Shown here one piece after another: positions 13,175 to 29,928 of a stretch of 64,000 bases of DNA. Positions within the stretch are counted from its first letter, which is position 1. Every line of letters begins with the position of its first letter. This DNA comes from the human T2T-CHM13v2.0 reference genome, Homo sapiens, in NCBI RefSeq assembly GCF_009914755.1, contig NC_060935.1; one strand, 5' to 3'. The notes beneath the pieces are model-generated. The model searched no databases. It was not told the DNA's origin and was given only the letters and a program-made list of their open reading frames with translations. The translations under genes and the position numbers were made by a program.

Positions 13175-15050
13175 AAAATAGACTTTTTAAAAGAGCAGTT
13201 TTAAGATCACAGAAAAATTGAACAGAAATTTCAGCATTCCTATATATCCCCTGGCCCCATACATACATAGCTTCTTCTGTTGTCAACATCCTGCACTGGA
13301 GTGGTATATTCATTACAACTGATGGACCCACATTGAGACATCATTATCACTCAAAGTCCATTGTTCATATTAAGGGTCTCTCTTGGTGCTTTAGATTAAA
13401 TGGATTCTGACAGTTGTACAATAACATGTATCCACCTGTGAATCATACAGGATAGTCTCACTGCCCTAATAATCCTCTGTATTCCTCTAATTCTTCCTTC
13501 CTCCCTTTCTTCTAACTACCGGCAACCACTGATCTTTTTACTGTCTTCATAGTTTTGCCCTTTCTAAAAATATTATATGGTTGGAATCATACAGTATGTA
13601 GCCTTTTCAAATTGGCTTCTTTCACTTAGTAGTGTATGTTTAAGTTTCATCCATGTGTTTTTATGGCTTGAATCCTCATTTCTTTTTATCACTGAATAGA
13701 TTCCAGTGCCTGAATGTATCTCAGTTTATTTATCCATTCACCTACTGGAGGGCATCTTGGTTGCTTCCAAGTTTTGGCAATCATGAATAAATCTGCTATT
13801 AACATTCATGTGCAGGTTTTTGTGTGGACACAAAAGCCTTTGTTTTTCAAGTCCTTTTCGGTAAATACCAAGGAACACAGTTGCTGAATAGTATGCTAAG
13901 AGTATGTTTACTTTTCTAATAAACTGCCAATCTGTCTTTCAAAGTGGCTGTACCATTTTACATTGCTTCTAACAATGAAAGAGAGTTCCTCTTGCTCCAC
14001 ATCCTTACCATCATTTGGTGTTATTGGTAGTCTTCATTCATTTTGTGCTGCTAAAACAAAATACCTGAGACTGTAATGTATAAAGAACAGAAATTATTGT
14101 CTCATAGTCTTGGAGCTGGAAAGTCCAAACTCAAGGTGCTGGCAGGTTCAGTTGTCTAGTGAGAGCTTCTTTCAGAAAGGATGGCTTTTTTGCTACATCC
14201 TTGGACGAAGAGGAATGCTGTTTCCTGCTATTGTGATAGGCAGATGGGCAAGCTAACTGAATGCTTCATAAAGTCTCTTTTAAAAGTTTCTTAATCTTAT
14301 TCACAAGAAATGAGCCCTTATGGCCTAATTAGCTCTTAAAGGCCCCACCTCTTAATACTATCATATTGGCAACACCTGAATTTTGAAGGTGACACATTTA
14401 AACCGTAGCATCAGTATTTGGAATTTTGGCCATGTTAATAGGTGTACTGGGTATCATTGTTTTAATTTGCAATTCTCTAACGATATATCATCTGGAGCAT
14501 CTTTCCATATGTTTATTTTTCATCTGTATATCTTTTTTGGTGAATTTTTCATTCAGATATTTTAACCATTTATTTTCTTATTGTTGGGTTTCAAGAATTC
14601 TTTGTATATTTTGGATAATAGTTCTTCATCAGACATGTCTTTTGCAAATATTTTTTTTCAAGTCAGTTGCTTATCTTATTTTCTTGACAGTGTCTTTTGC
14701 AGAGCAGAGATTTTTAATTTTAACAGAGCCAAGTTTAGCAATTATTTCTTTCACGAGTCATAGTGTTGTACCAAAAAATTCATCATCATACTTAAAGTCA
14801 TCTATATTTTCCCTTGTTGCCTTCTAGTAGTTTTATGGTTTTGTGCTTTACACATTGATCTATTATCCATATTGAGATAGCTTTATAAAGGGTGTAAGTT
14901 CTGTATCTTAGATGTCCAATTGTTTTAGTACCATTTGTTGAGGACTGTCTCTTCTCTAGCATATTACATTTGCTCCTTTGTCACAGATCAGTTGACTATG
15001 TGGGTCTATTTCTGGACCCTATTCTGTTTTATTTCACTTATCTTTTTCCA
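13175..15050 (-). mobile_element. L1MC1-like 3' end, interrupted by a MaLR LTR
   Basis: 'tagactttttaaaagagcagttttaagatcacagaaaaattgaacag...ctggagtggtatattcattacaactgatggacccacattgagacatcattatcac' is the antisense L1MC 3'UTR. Confidence 0.85.
14029..14410 (-). mobile_element. MaLR solo LTR (MSTC/MSTD-like)
   Basis: 'cattttgtgctgctaaaacaaaatacctgagactg...ctcttaaaggccccacctcttaatac...aaaccgtagca'; degenerate 5-bp TSD ttggt/tcagt. Confidence 0.85.
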
Positions 15051-15089
15051 GAAATTTTTATGCTTATCTTGTGCAATGCTAACAGCAAA

Positions 15090-15230
15090 TGGATAAGATA
15101 GCTATTATTACATTTATTTTGTAGATGAGAAAATTTAGGTCTTCAGGGGAAAATTACTTTGCCCAGTACCTGACCAAACTATGTTCAAATTCAGCTCTGT
15201 GTTGCTCCAAAGATTTTGCTCATTCTACTA
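15090..15230 (-). mobile_element. MIR fragment
   Basis: 'ttattttgtagatgagaaaatttaggtcttcaggggaaaattactttgccc'. Confidence 0.55.
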
Positions 15231-15590
15231 AACCAAATTCAACACTTATACAGAGGAATTGGGGTGGAGTACACAATAAAATGATGATTAGAATGAGTTC
15301 AACATTATTTTATCCCACATGCAGTGGTTCCGTTCCTTTTTGTTATATCATTCTTTATTCCACTCACATATTCTCAATCTTTAGCTGTGTTTGGATCAAT
15401 GAAAAATGAGGTTAAGAATTATAATGGCTATCATGAGTGTCTGAATTATAAAAGTGGCAACATCTGAAATTGCTCCATATTTAGAGCAAATATAGTATGA
15501 ATACCGTGACATATTTGCATATGGGCACATTATTCCACTTATTTCCTGAGCATAGGACCAAATAAGATACTAATTCTATTAAGAAATCTC

Positions 15591-15916
<326 letters not shown>

Positions 15917-17780
15917 TTACTTGCTTTTATAAAGTTCTTTATAATTCATAATATCATGGGAGGAAAAAAAGTTAGTTAAATGCGACCCAGTTTGCAAAAA
16001 TAAGGTATCGCATGTGCTTTTACTACTGGCCTATTTTTGTACACACCCTCATTGGGGATACTGCTTGACAGATGAATCTGTCACTGAGAAAAAAGATAAT
16101 CATGTTATTAAAAAGTATCCTAAGAGAAATCAGAAAACTTCTTGCAATAATGTAGATTTATCTGAAATAAGATCTACAAGAGACACATTAATATTTTTTG
16201 AGATAAAGTGCTTTATTTCCTTATCCTAAACTGTACACCAATAGAAGTTTAAAGAACATGTTATTTATTCGGAAATGGTATTTTCTCAATATAAATGAAG
16301 TATTTTGAACAGGAACAAAATGGTGTTAATGGCTTAAAAAAAGTCAAATGGTAAGCCAGCTTTATTATTCATACTCTATATTATGTGAACTACAGACTAT
16401 AATGATTTCAGGGAAATTAAAGCATTTAATAATCATTTAATTCCACATTTTTTGATTTTCTACTTCCAGCAGATATTGAGATTAGCTTTTTTTTTCTGTG
16501 TTATTTACTGGCCTATTTCAGCATATTCAGAAACATGAGAAGTGAATCAAGGACTAGATACATCAAAATAAAAGTGATTGTTGACTATTGAACTTGAATA
16601 GACTGTTAATGAATCTTAATTGAAGTACTTTCTCAAATTTTAGTCTGCATAAATGTGATTATAGTTTGAAAAGCGATTATAAAATTGTGTACTAGAATTT
16701 TGAAGTGATTTCTCAAGTGTTTCCCACATTATATTCACCCCTCTCTGAAGTAAATTGACACTTTTCCCTTATTCTCAGTTTTGAACATTACATTTGGACT
16801 TTAAAACCATTTTAATGAACTTCTTACAAAATATAGTTATTCTTTTTTTAAATGCTTATTTCTTTTCTTTCTCACTTTCTTCATGTCAAATTAAAGAGGA
16901 AAATTCTCAATTCATTTTATCTGTCAAAATACAGTCAGTTTTCTTCATTAAAATATCCTAATTAAGCATAATAATAACAACAATTTTAGGGGTAATTATT
17001 TTGTTTTAGGAATTTTGCTAAGCCCCTTTATATGAATTATTTCCTCCATTGCTTCGTTCTACAATTTTCGAAGTCATCCTTTTAAGAATATATTAAAGAG
17101 AGTGGCTATATAAGGAAATAATATTGACCAAATATTTGATAAGAATTCATCCTAATTAAACGCATACTTGATTTTTGAAAAAAATGCACTTCTTTTAAAC
17201 AGTCTTAAATAAATACAGGTAAAAATTGCATAAGGTTGATTAAACAGAGAATAATTGTAGGTAAATAATAAACTTCCAATAGGATATAATCCAGGCAACA
17301 TGGAGCTAGCTTGGACTGGCTAATGCAGATGGCAACAACTGGCTGGAATCTGAATAATATTTTTATATAATGTCCATAGTAGTATTTTAAGGATGATGAG
17401 GCTACTAGATATCTAAAATAAAAAGACAAAGCTGATTTTATTGTTCACTATAACAAGAGAGAGCTATGCTTGTCAGTCATAGTCTCTGTGAGCAGAGCAG
17501 AGCAGAGAAGACTACTGATTTTATATAGGGATTCAGGGAAAAATGGAGTTCAGGGATTGGTAGATTTTCCTTCTAGAAGTTTCAGTAGATGACATCATTT
17601 GTAGAATTGCAGTCACTAGAATGAGACTGTTGTTGCCTGGTTGGTATTCAGAGGCACACTACTTAGAGCTAGTATGTTCACTGTTGACCGGGTGACTTTT
17701 TCAGAAGCAAGAGACTCACTCAGCTCCGCTGGATGGAAATGTGTTTATTTAACAGAGTTGCCATTGATTATTGAATAGGT

Positions 17781-18259
17781 TGTATTAGTCAAGCTCAGAC
17801 ACAGAAGCAGAATATGTGTAGACATATATGCAAGTCCAACGTCATATATAATAGGTAGTTAGAAAGGAAGAATCATGCGTGGGCTGGAATTTCATGAGTA
17901 TGGGCCAAGCTATTGTCAAAGTGAGTCTCTTTCTCTCTCCCCAGGGAAGTAATAAGCCTTTTTCTACGGGGTTCCAACTGAGTAAGTAATGCCCACCCAG
18001 GATAATCTCTCTTAATTAATGACCATTTTTTACGGATTTTTGTTACATTATCTCTTCACTACAACAACCTATATTAGTGTATAATTGGATAAGGAAAAAA
18101 ATGGATGTGCATGATACAAAATGGTTATTTCTCCCTTCCTTCTTCCAACTTTTGTAAGACAATAACTCTTGTAGTTCACCCCCCAAATAACATATGAGCA
18201 AGGAAATTCCAGAAAAGAAAGTTTAGTCTACCCAAGGTGAAAACACAAAATCATCACAC
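17781..18259 (-). mobile_element. MLT2-type (ERVL) LTR, degenerate
   Basis: Starts 'tgtattagtc', contains 'ttccaactga...gcccacccaggataatctc', ends 'ccaaggtgaaaacacaaaatcatcaca'. Confidence 0.55.
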
Positions 18260-20326
18260 ATGTTTTCTATGGGCACAGAACAATCAATCTTTTCGTATGC
18301 TTGTAGGAACTTTTGAACTGATTTTTTCCACTCTTTCCTCCTTTCTCTAATTTTCCTTTTCTCTTTTTTTCTCATAGTTTTTGTCATCTTTCACTTACTA
18401 CATCGGGGAATGTATGTGCCATAGCAGAATATGAGAGCAAAATACTTTGTTTTTGCCATTTTTTTTTTTTTGGCCCAAAAGCAAAGGCCCTTGAAGAACC
18501 AAAAGCATTACGGCAGACATAAATAACTTTGAAGAAGATATCGTGAGGAATATCAAGCCTTTATTATTCCCAATTTCTGTCTTTTAATTTGAAAATAAAT
18601 ATTTTGTGGAGAATAGGCATAGAAGGAAATATGGTCTAAATGGAAATGATGAGTGTATAAACAAAGGTGATTCTAGTATAGAAAAGAGGTAGAGCACTGG
18701 AGAGCTGGCATAACCCTATATAAGTTTATGGGATTCAAGATGAGACAGAAGTTTTATATTCAATTTAGGATAATGTTATACAGATGAATTGAGACATCTG
18801 GGATGGGAAAATCACTATATCACATATCTTGTTAGGTAAGTTGCTTAGATTAAAAGACATTTTCTATGCCCGGTCGAAAGAAAGTAGATGTCTCCTATGC
18901 TTCTGAATAGCACAGAAACAGCAGAGAACATTTCTGAACCTCAAGGAATATTTAAGAGTATGGCCTGTGTGAACTTAGGACTGAGGGTCAGATGAGTTAA
19001 AGGCACCTTGTTGAAAGCTTGAGTGGATCTTTGGCTTTGATAAATACATCCAACCTCCACTCCCAAGTAAAGTTAAAAAGAATTAAAAACTCAGACATAA
19101 TCTGATGGAAAGTGTGGGAATCACTTTCAAAATAATACCAAATTTGTGTCATTCTTCTAGGAAAATGACTTAAAATAGAAATTAGAACTTATAGCAATAA
19201 AATTCTATTTATTAAAATTCGAATACATAAAATTGTCATATACTTAACAATTATCAAATTCTAAATTGTAATACTACTTACCATCCTAATGTTTTAAATC
19301 ATTTATATATAAATCACAAAAATGATTTTCATATATTGCTTATATATGTAAATTACATAAATGATTCATATATACATAGCTTATATACAAATGACATTAA
19401 AAATTGATATATTCCTACAATAATATAAATTATATATAACTGAATGGTGACTTTGGCCCTGATCTTTCACTTTTTTGCTCTAATATAGTTGGTAGTGTCT
19501 AAGAATGCTGCCTGAAATAAGATCCTTCCCATTTTTTTTTAAGAATTTCACTCTTGTGAAGCATAAAAAGAATAGAAGAATATAAGATTTTAAATCCTTC
19601 CACATTCTGCTGGTCAAAGAATATGTACTATTGTATGTAATAATACCTAAGTCATTCTTCCACTCTGAACTCAGTCCAATTCTATTATTTGATTTTGGAA
19701 ATGGATTTTGAACATGGGCCTGTTTGTCTAATCAGATTATTATTTTCCTATTCTTTTCTATTTAAATGCTGAGTGGCAGAGCTATATTTGGGAAGGCAAT
19801 GATTTCATTACACCAATAGAGGGAACTGCCTTTCCAACAAAATAGCAAAAGCCAAGTTGGCTAAGCAAGAATATTTCCCATTAAACTGAAGAAGCCACAA
19901 GAGAAATGCCGACAAAATGTCACCTCAAACACAATGACAACAGGATTACAGAAATCTAATTAGCCATTTCATTAACTGAATCCTGTCTGTGGAGATGGCA
20001 AACAATGGGGACTCAGAAACATCCATTCATTAGAAATATATGGAACTGTCAAGAAGATTATTCCATAATTTGTTTCTTGTTTTTTTTTTTCAGATGGTGC
20101 AGATGGAGTTAGGGTGGCGGAGTGACTTATTAAAAGGTCGTATTTCAGAAGGTTGTAAAAATTGAGGACACTTTCAGGGAGCTAAATTTACTATTGTAGA
20201 TATATTGACAATGACACCTTTGAAATCTTATTTCTTTTTTTCATCCCACATAAGCTAATTAGGTACATTTATAGACACGATGTATAAGAGTCATATCTTG
20301 ACAAAAATCATTAATAAGATGCTATT

Positions 20327-21333
20327 GAGGGAGGAGCCAAGATGGCCGAATAGGAACAGCTCCGGTCTACAGCTGTTCTACATTTCCATCTGAGGTACCG
20401 GGTCCATCTCACTAGGGAGTACCAGACAGTGGGCGCAGGACAGTGGGTGCAGCGCACCGTGCGCGAGCTGAAGCAGGGCGAGGCATTGCCTCACTCGGGA
20501 AGCGCAAGGGGTCAGGGAGTTCCCTTTCCCAGTCAAAGAAAGGGGTGACAGATGGCACCTGGAAAATCGGGTCACTCCCACCCTAATACTGTGCTTTTCC
20601 AACAGGCTTAAAAAATGGCGCACCAGGAGATTATATCCCACAACTGGCTCGGAGGGTCCTACGCCCACGGAGTCTCACTGATTGCTAGCACAGCAGTCTG
20701 AGATCAAACTGCAAGGTGGCAGCGAGGCTGGGGGAGGGGCGCCCGCCATTGCCCAGGCTTGCTTAGGTAAACAAAGCAGCCAGGAAGCTCCAACTGGGTG
20801 GAGCCCACCACAGCTGAAGGAGGCCTGCCTGCCTATCTAGGCTCCACCTATGGGGGCAGGGCACAGACAAAACAAAAAGACAGCAGTAACCTTTGCAGAC
20901 TTAAATGTCCCTGTCTGACAGCTTTGAAGAGAGCAGTGGTTCTCCCAGCACGCAGCTGGAGATCTGAGAACGGGCAGACTGCCTCCTCAAGTGGGTCCCT
21001 GACCCCTGACCCCCAAGCAGCCTAACTGGGAGGCACCCCCCAGCAGTGGCAGACTGATACCTCACACGGCCGGGTACTCCTCTGAGACAAAACTTCCAGG
21101 GGAACCATGAGACAGCAGCATTCGCGGTTCACGAAAATCCGCTGTTCTGCAGCCACTGCTGCTGGTACCCAGGCAAACAGGGTCTGGAATGGACCTCTAG
21201 CAAACTCCAACAGACCTGCATCTGAGGGTCCTGTCTGTTAGAAGGAAAACTAACAAACAGAAAGGACATCCACACCAAAAACCCATCTGTACATCACCAT
21301 CATCAAAGACCAAAAGTAGATAAAACCACAAAG
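20327..21333 (+). promoter_or_regulatory. L1 5'UTR internal sense/antisense promoter with intact YY1 site
   Basis: YY1 motif CAAGATGGC at 20338-20346; relatively CpG-rich; about 30 bp deleted at 20374/20375. Confidence 0.8.
20378..20749 (-). pseudogene. ORF0: L1 antisense ORF0 remnant
   Basis: ATG at 20749 reads MAGAPPPASLPPCSLISDCCASNQ, then TGA at 20675-20677. The frame continues as DSVGVGPSEP...RVGVTRFSRC (ORF track 20378-20668). Confidence 0.85.
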
Positions 21334-22353
21334 ATGGGGGAAAAACAGAGCAGAAAAACTGGAAACTCTAAAAAGCAGAGTGCCTCTCCTCCTCCAAAGG
21401 AACGCAGCTCCTCACCAGCAACAGAACAAAGCTGGACGGAGAATGACTTTGACGAGTTGAGAGAAGAAGGCTTCAGACGATCAAACTACTCCGAGCTACA
21501 GGAGGAAATTCTAACCAAAGGCAAAGAAGCTGAAAACTTTGAAAAAAATTTAGACGAACGTATAACTAGAATAACCAATACAGAGAAGTGCTTAAAGGAG
21601 CTGATGGAGCTGAAAGCCAAGGCTCGAGAAGTACCTGAAGAATGCAGAAGCCTCAGGAGCTGATGCGATCAACTGGAAGAAGGGGTATCAGTGATGGAAG
21701 ATGAAATGAATGAAATGAAGCAAGAAGGGCAGTTTAGAGAAAAAAGAATAAAAAGGAATGAACAAAGCCTCCATGAAATATGAGACTATGTGAAAAGACC
21801 AAATCTATGTCTGATTGGTGTACCTGAAAGTGATGGGGAGAATGGAACCAAGTTGGAAAACACTCTGCAGGATATTATCCAGGAGAAGTTCCCCAATCTA
21901 GCAAGGCAGGCCAACATTCAAATTCAGGAAATACAGAGAACACCACAAAGATACTCTTCGAGAAGAGCAACTCCAAGACACATAATTGTCAGATTCACCA
22001 AAGTTGAAATGAAGGAAAAAATGTTAAGAGCAGCCGGAGAGAAAGGTTGGGTTACCCACAAAGGGAAGCCCATCAGACTAACAGCTGATCTCTCGGCAGA
22101 AACTCTACAAGCCAGAAGAAGAGACTGGGGGTCAATATTCAACATTCTTAAAGAAAAGAATTTTCAACCCAGAATTTCATATCCAGCCAAACTAAGTTTC
22201 ATAAGTCAAGGAGAAATAAAATACTTTACAGACAAGCAAATGCTGAGAGATTTTGTCACCACCAGGCCTGCCCTAAAAGAGCTCCTGAAGGAAGCACTAA
22301 ACATGGAAAGGAACAACCAGTACCAGCCACTGCAAAATCATGCCAAATTGTAA
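21334..22353 (+). pseudogene. ORF1: L1 ORF1p (RNA-binding protein), disrupted by in-frame stops
   Basis: MGEKQSRKTGNSK...YQPLQNHAKL; premature TGA at 21661 and at 21781. Confidence 0.95.
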
Positions 22354-22416
22354 AGACCATCGAGGCTAGGAAGAAACTGCATCAACTAACGAGCAAAATA
22401 ACCAGCTAACATCATA

Positions 22417-26225
<3,809 letters not shown>

Positions 26226-28664
26226 ACAATGAGAACACATGGACACAGGAAGGGGAACATCACACTTAGGGGACTGTTGTGGGGTGGGGAGAGCGGGGAG
26301 GGATAGCTTTAGGAGATAATACCTAATGCTAAATGACGAGTTAATGGGTGCAGCACACCAGCATGGCACATGTATACATATGTAACTAACCTGCACATTG
26401 TGCACATGTACCCTAAAACTTAAAGTATAATAATAATACAATAAAATAAAATAAAATTCAAATGTCATTTCTTCTGAGAAAAAAAAAGATGCTATTTATC
26501 TCAATTGCAACTTTACATAGCACTTACACTGTCAATGGATTGTCTGATTAAATGTAAACTCTTTGAAGACAGGTGTCTCATTTTTCTTGTTTTTATAGCC
26601 ACAAGTTTTAGTGTCTGAGAAGTTTTTAAGGTAACAGATAAATGAATGAAACAATTTTTTTAAATAAACAGAAAAATTTAACCTCAAGAAGAACAAAGTG
26701 GTACGAATCCAAGGGAAGTGAAAAGAAATTAACGGCAGGATTACAATTTCTGATTGATTGAAAAATTCACCTGTTCATTAATGTAATTTCCTGGTAAAAT
26801 ATTAAGAATCGTCACTGAATTTTGATGAAGATGTTATTGCAGATTAAAAGCATTGCAATAGACGGCAGTCAAGTTTCTGCAGGTTTTACCTTTTTATTTT
26901 GGACCTGGTCAGTGTATCTTCAATGGCTACTGTACATTATCAATGCACACAGTGTATTATCAAGCCAAATTCCTTGTGGAATTTGTGGCTGCTATTTTGT
27001 GACTTGGTTTCTCTCACTTGAAGGACAGGATTTTCCTCTGGGTCCATGGTGAAATCTTAGCCCATCTGCCTGTAGGGTGTGGTTTTCAATGCCTCAATGA
27101 AGGGTATAGTTGTATTGTTTAACAGAAAGATGAACAGACAGAGGTGAAGGTACATTCTTTGTCCTCAAAAACAAACAACCTTCACCCCCTCAGCAAAAAA
27201 CAGATTGTTATGTAAAAGTCTAAAAGACAGAGGTAAGAAAAGGCCTAGACAGACTTGAAAGATGTTAAGAATGGCCCTTCAGATAACCAAGACTATCAAC
27301 TGAAAACACTTTTAAGCTATCTGGCTTCATTTATACAATTGAAGATATATTACTTTCAGCATAGTAAAGAAAAATTTGCTGACACTAAAGTTGTGGGGAG
27401 TTATTTGATTTTAGGAACACAGGTTCACAGGATTACCAGGATGCCGAATACACTTTCATTCAAGGGTGGCTCCATATACAAAGTATGGGAGCTGCTGCTG
27501 TGTATTGCCAAGACACAATTACAACCTGAGATGGTCAGATGAGCAGGTTGGCCATTTTGGTAATAGGACTGATTAATTAGTTGACTGATTTAGGGGGTGG
27601 TAATTGTTTAGGCATCCTGAGGATAATGCAAAGGTTTTTCTCTTTAAGAACAAAACTTCAGCATCCCATCCTACATTGTATCACAGAATATACCACCAGA
27701 CATAACAAAAAGCCAAAATTCTAACTAATTAAGGAACACATATCTCTATGAAGTAACACTTTCGAGAAGAAGAGGCTGTAATTCAACTCCATAAGCTTAA
27801 GATACTGAAAACTTTAAAAGTTTGCCCATAGAAAAATAAAATTCTGCAAGAACAACACAATGGTTATTCAGGACATTTAATTTCTTTCCACATATATTGA
27901 ATTTGTTCAAAAACTAATTTTCCACCCAGACCAGAAGCCACAGCAAACAAACAAACCTAATAAAAGAATATTGGTTTAGAATACTAAACAATGAGATTAA
28001 TGAAGTAATGTATTGTATTGGAGAAAACAACATTAAAATACTTTAAATAACAGAATTGGTTATTTTAAATATAAAACTAAAGAAAAATATTTTTTAAAAG
28101 TTTTCTTCTTTAGTGTTTACATATTGTCAGAAGAAAATGCCATTTTAAAGACTGAACTTGAGCTGGTATCTTTAAAAAGGGATTATCTATTAGTTACTTT
28201 ATTGACTAGGATTAACAGTGACCTTCTTCAGTTAAATACAGTTACTTGTTTTTTTGAACTGAGGTCTCAGATATTCTCCTGTAACTGATGTTGATCAGTA
28301 TGAGTTTATGAGCTTAAAAATAAAAACATATTTCTCAGTGAAAATCGACCTAAGACAATATTTTTGTTCAATTCCAATTCCCATATGAGACTAAATCTTT
28401 TTAACAAAACACTAGTCTTATGAAAAAAAGCCTATTATTATGTTCAAAAAATAATAGTCTCAATTTATTAATCTAGAAAATGGGGCTAATAATATACACC
28501 TTTTTAAAATGTTATACAAATGCTACAGAAAACTAATACAAAGAATTTGGCAACAAAATTATATAATTTTCTATGTCACTAATTTAAATGACCGAGGTCT
28601 TTTTAATCAAACTATCCAGCTAGCTGGAAAAATAAGAGCTCCCCTCTGTGAAAAGAAACTGACT

Positions 28665-28966
28665 GGCCGGGCCCCGTGGCTTAGGCCTGTAATCCCAGCA
28701 CTTTGGGAGCCTGAGGCAGGTGGATTATCTGAGGTCAGGAGTTCGAGACCAGCCTGGTTAAAATGGCAAAACTCTGTTGCTACCAAAAATACAAAAATTA
28801 GCCAGGTGTGGTGGTGGGCACCTGTAATCCCAGCTACTCAGGAGGCTGAGGCAGAAGAATGGCTTGAACCCAGGAGGTAGAGGTTACAGTGAGCCAAGAT
28901 GGTGCCATTGCACTCCAGCCTGGGGGACAGGGGGAGACTCCATCTCAAAAAAAAAAAAAAAAGAAA
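28665..28966 (+). mobile_element. AluSx-like
   Basis: Full dimer; 15-bp TSD gaaaagaaactgact (28650-28664 and 28967-28981). Confidence 0.95.
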
Positions 28967-29038
28967 GAAAAGAAACTGACTAATGCTTGTAGCATACTGC
29001 ACACTCATGGCAAGTTATGCAAGGGCTACACTTTACTG

Positions 29039-29248
29039 CAATGCTTCTCAAATTGTAGTCCAGGAAGCTGTGGATACTCTTATTAATATATTATTAAAAT
29101 ATATGCTTTTAGAGTATCTACAAGGTCAAACTATTGTTTTAGTAATGATAAAACATTAATTGACTTTGTTCACTCTGTTGAAATTTACACTGATTTTGCA
29201 AAAGCAAATGTGGTAAAATTGTTGGTATCATAGAAAGTATCATAGCAG
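29039..29248 (+). mobile_element. Charlie1-type hAT DNA transposon, 5' part
   Basis: 'caatgcttctcaaattgtagtcc...aaggtcaaactattg...cactctgttgaaatttacactgattttgcaaaagcaa'. Confidence 0.7.
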
Positions 29249-29629
29249 AGGAGACTTTCAGTTCCAAAATGGCAGCTGGCTTCCCTGGTACCCACAGAAA
29301 ACCAAAAAAATGTAAGGCACTGAGATTGTCACCGGCAATATTCCAGAACTCAAAGATGAGGATAAGTCATTTCCCAGCGCCACAGAAAGCTTAAAAACTC
29401 TGAGCAGACAGTAAGATAATTTAATTTCCTATATGCAATAACTATCCCCCCAATCTGTCTAGCACCAAGAGTGCAAAAAATTTCCCCCAACTTACCATTT
29501 CTACACTGGAAAAAGTGAGATCGAGGTGGACGATCAGCTTCTCCACCAACTTGAGTCCTTCATCAGGAGACCTTTTCATGCCTCAATCCATGAGAAGTAT
29601 TGTGAGTACCTGAAGGGAGACAAATCTTT

Positions 29630-29928
<299 letters not shown>

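Noticed and set aside
17420-17770. Possible old minus-strand LTR fragment (tttattg, ttttata motifs)
   Set aside because: No recognisable family or termini, so it cannot be supported without a Dfam search
20070-20155. Strong-looking splice acceptor (poly-T-CAG at 20093) followed by ATG
   Set aside because: Only weak donors follow and no partner exons are visible; such tracts are common by chance
27070-27240. Candidate exon ending at donor GAG|GTAAGA (near 27232)
   Set aside because: No convincing reading frame or unique acceptor; it needs transcript data
28509-28880. 123-aa ORF
   Set aside because: Its C-terminal half is translated Alu and its N-terminal half is random AT-rich sequence
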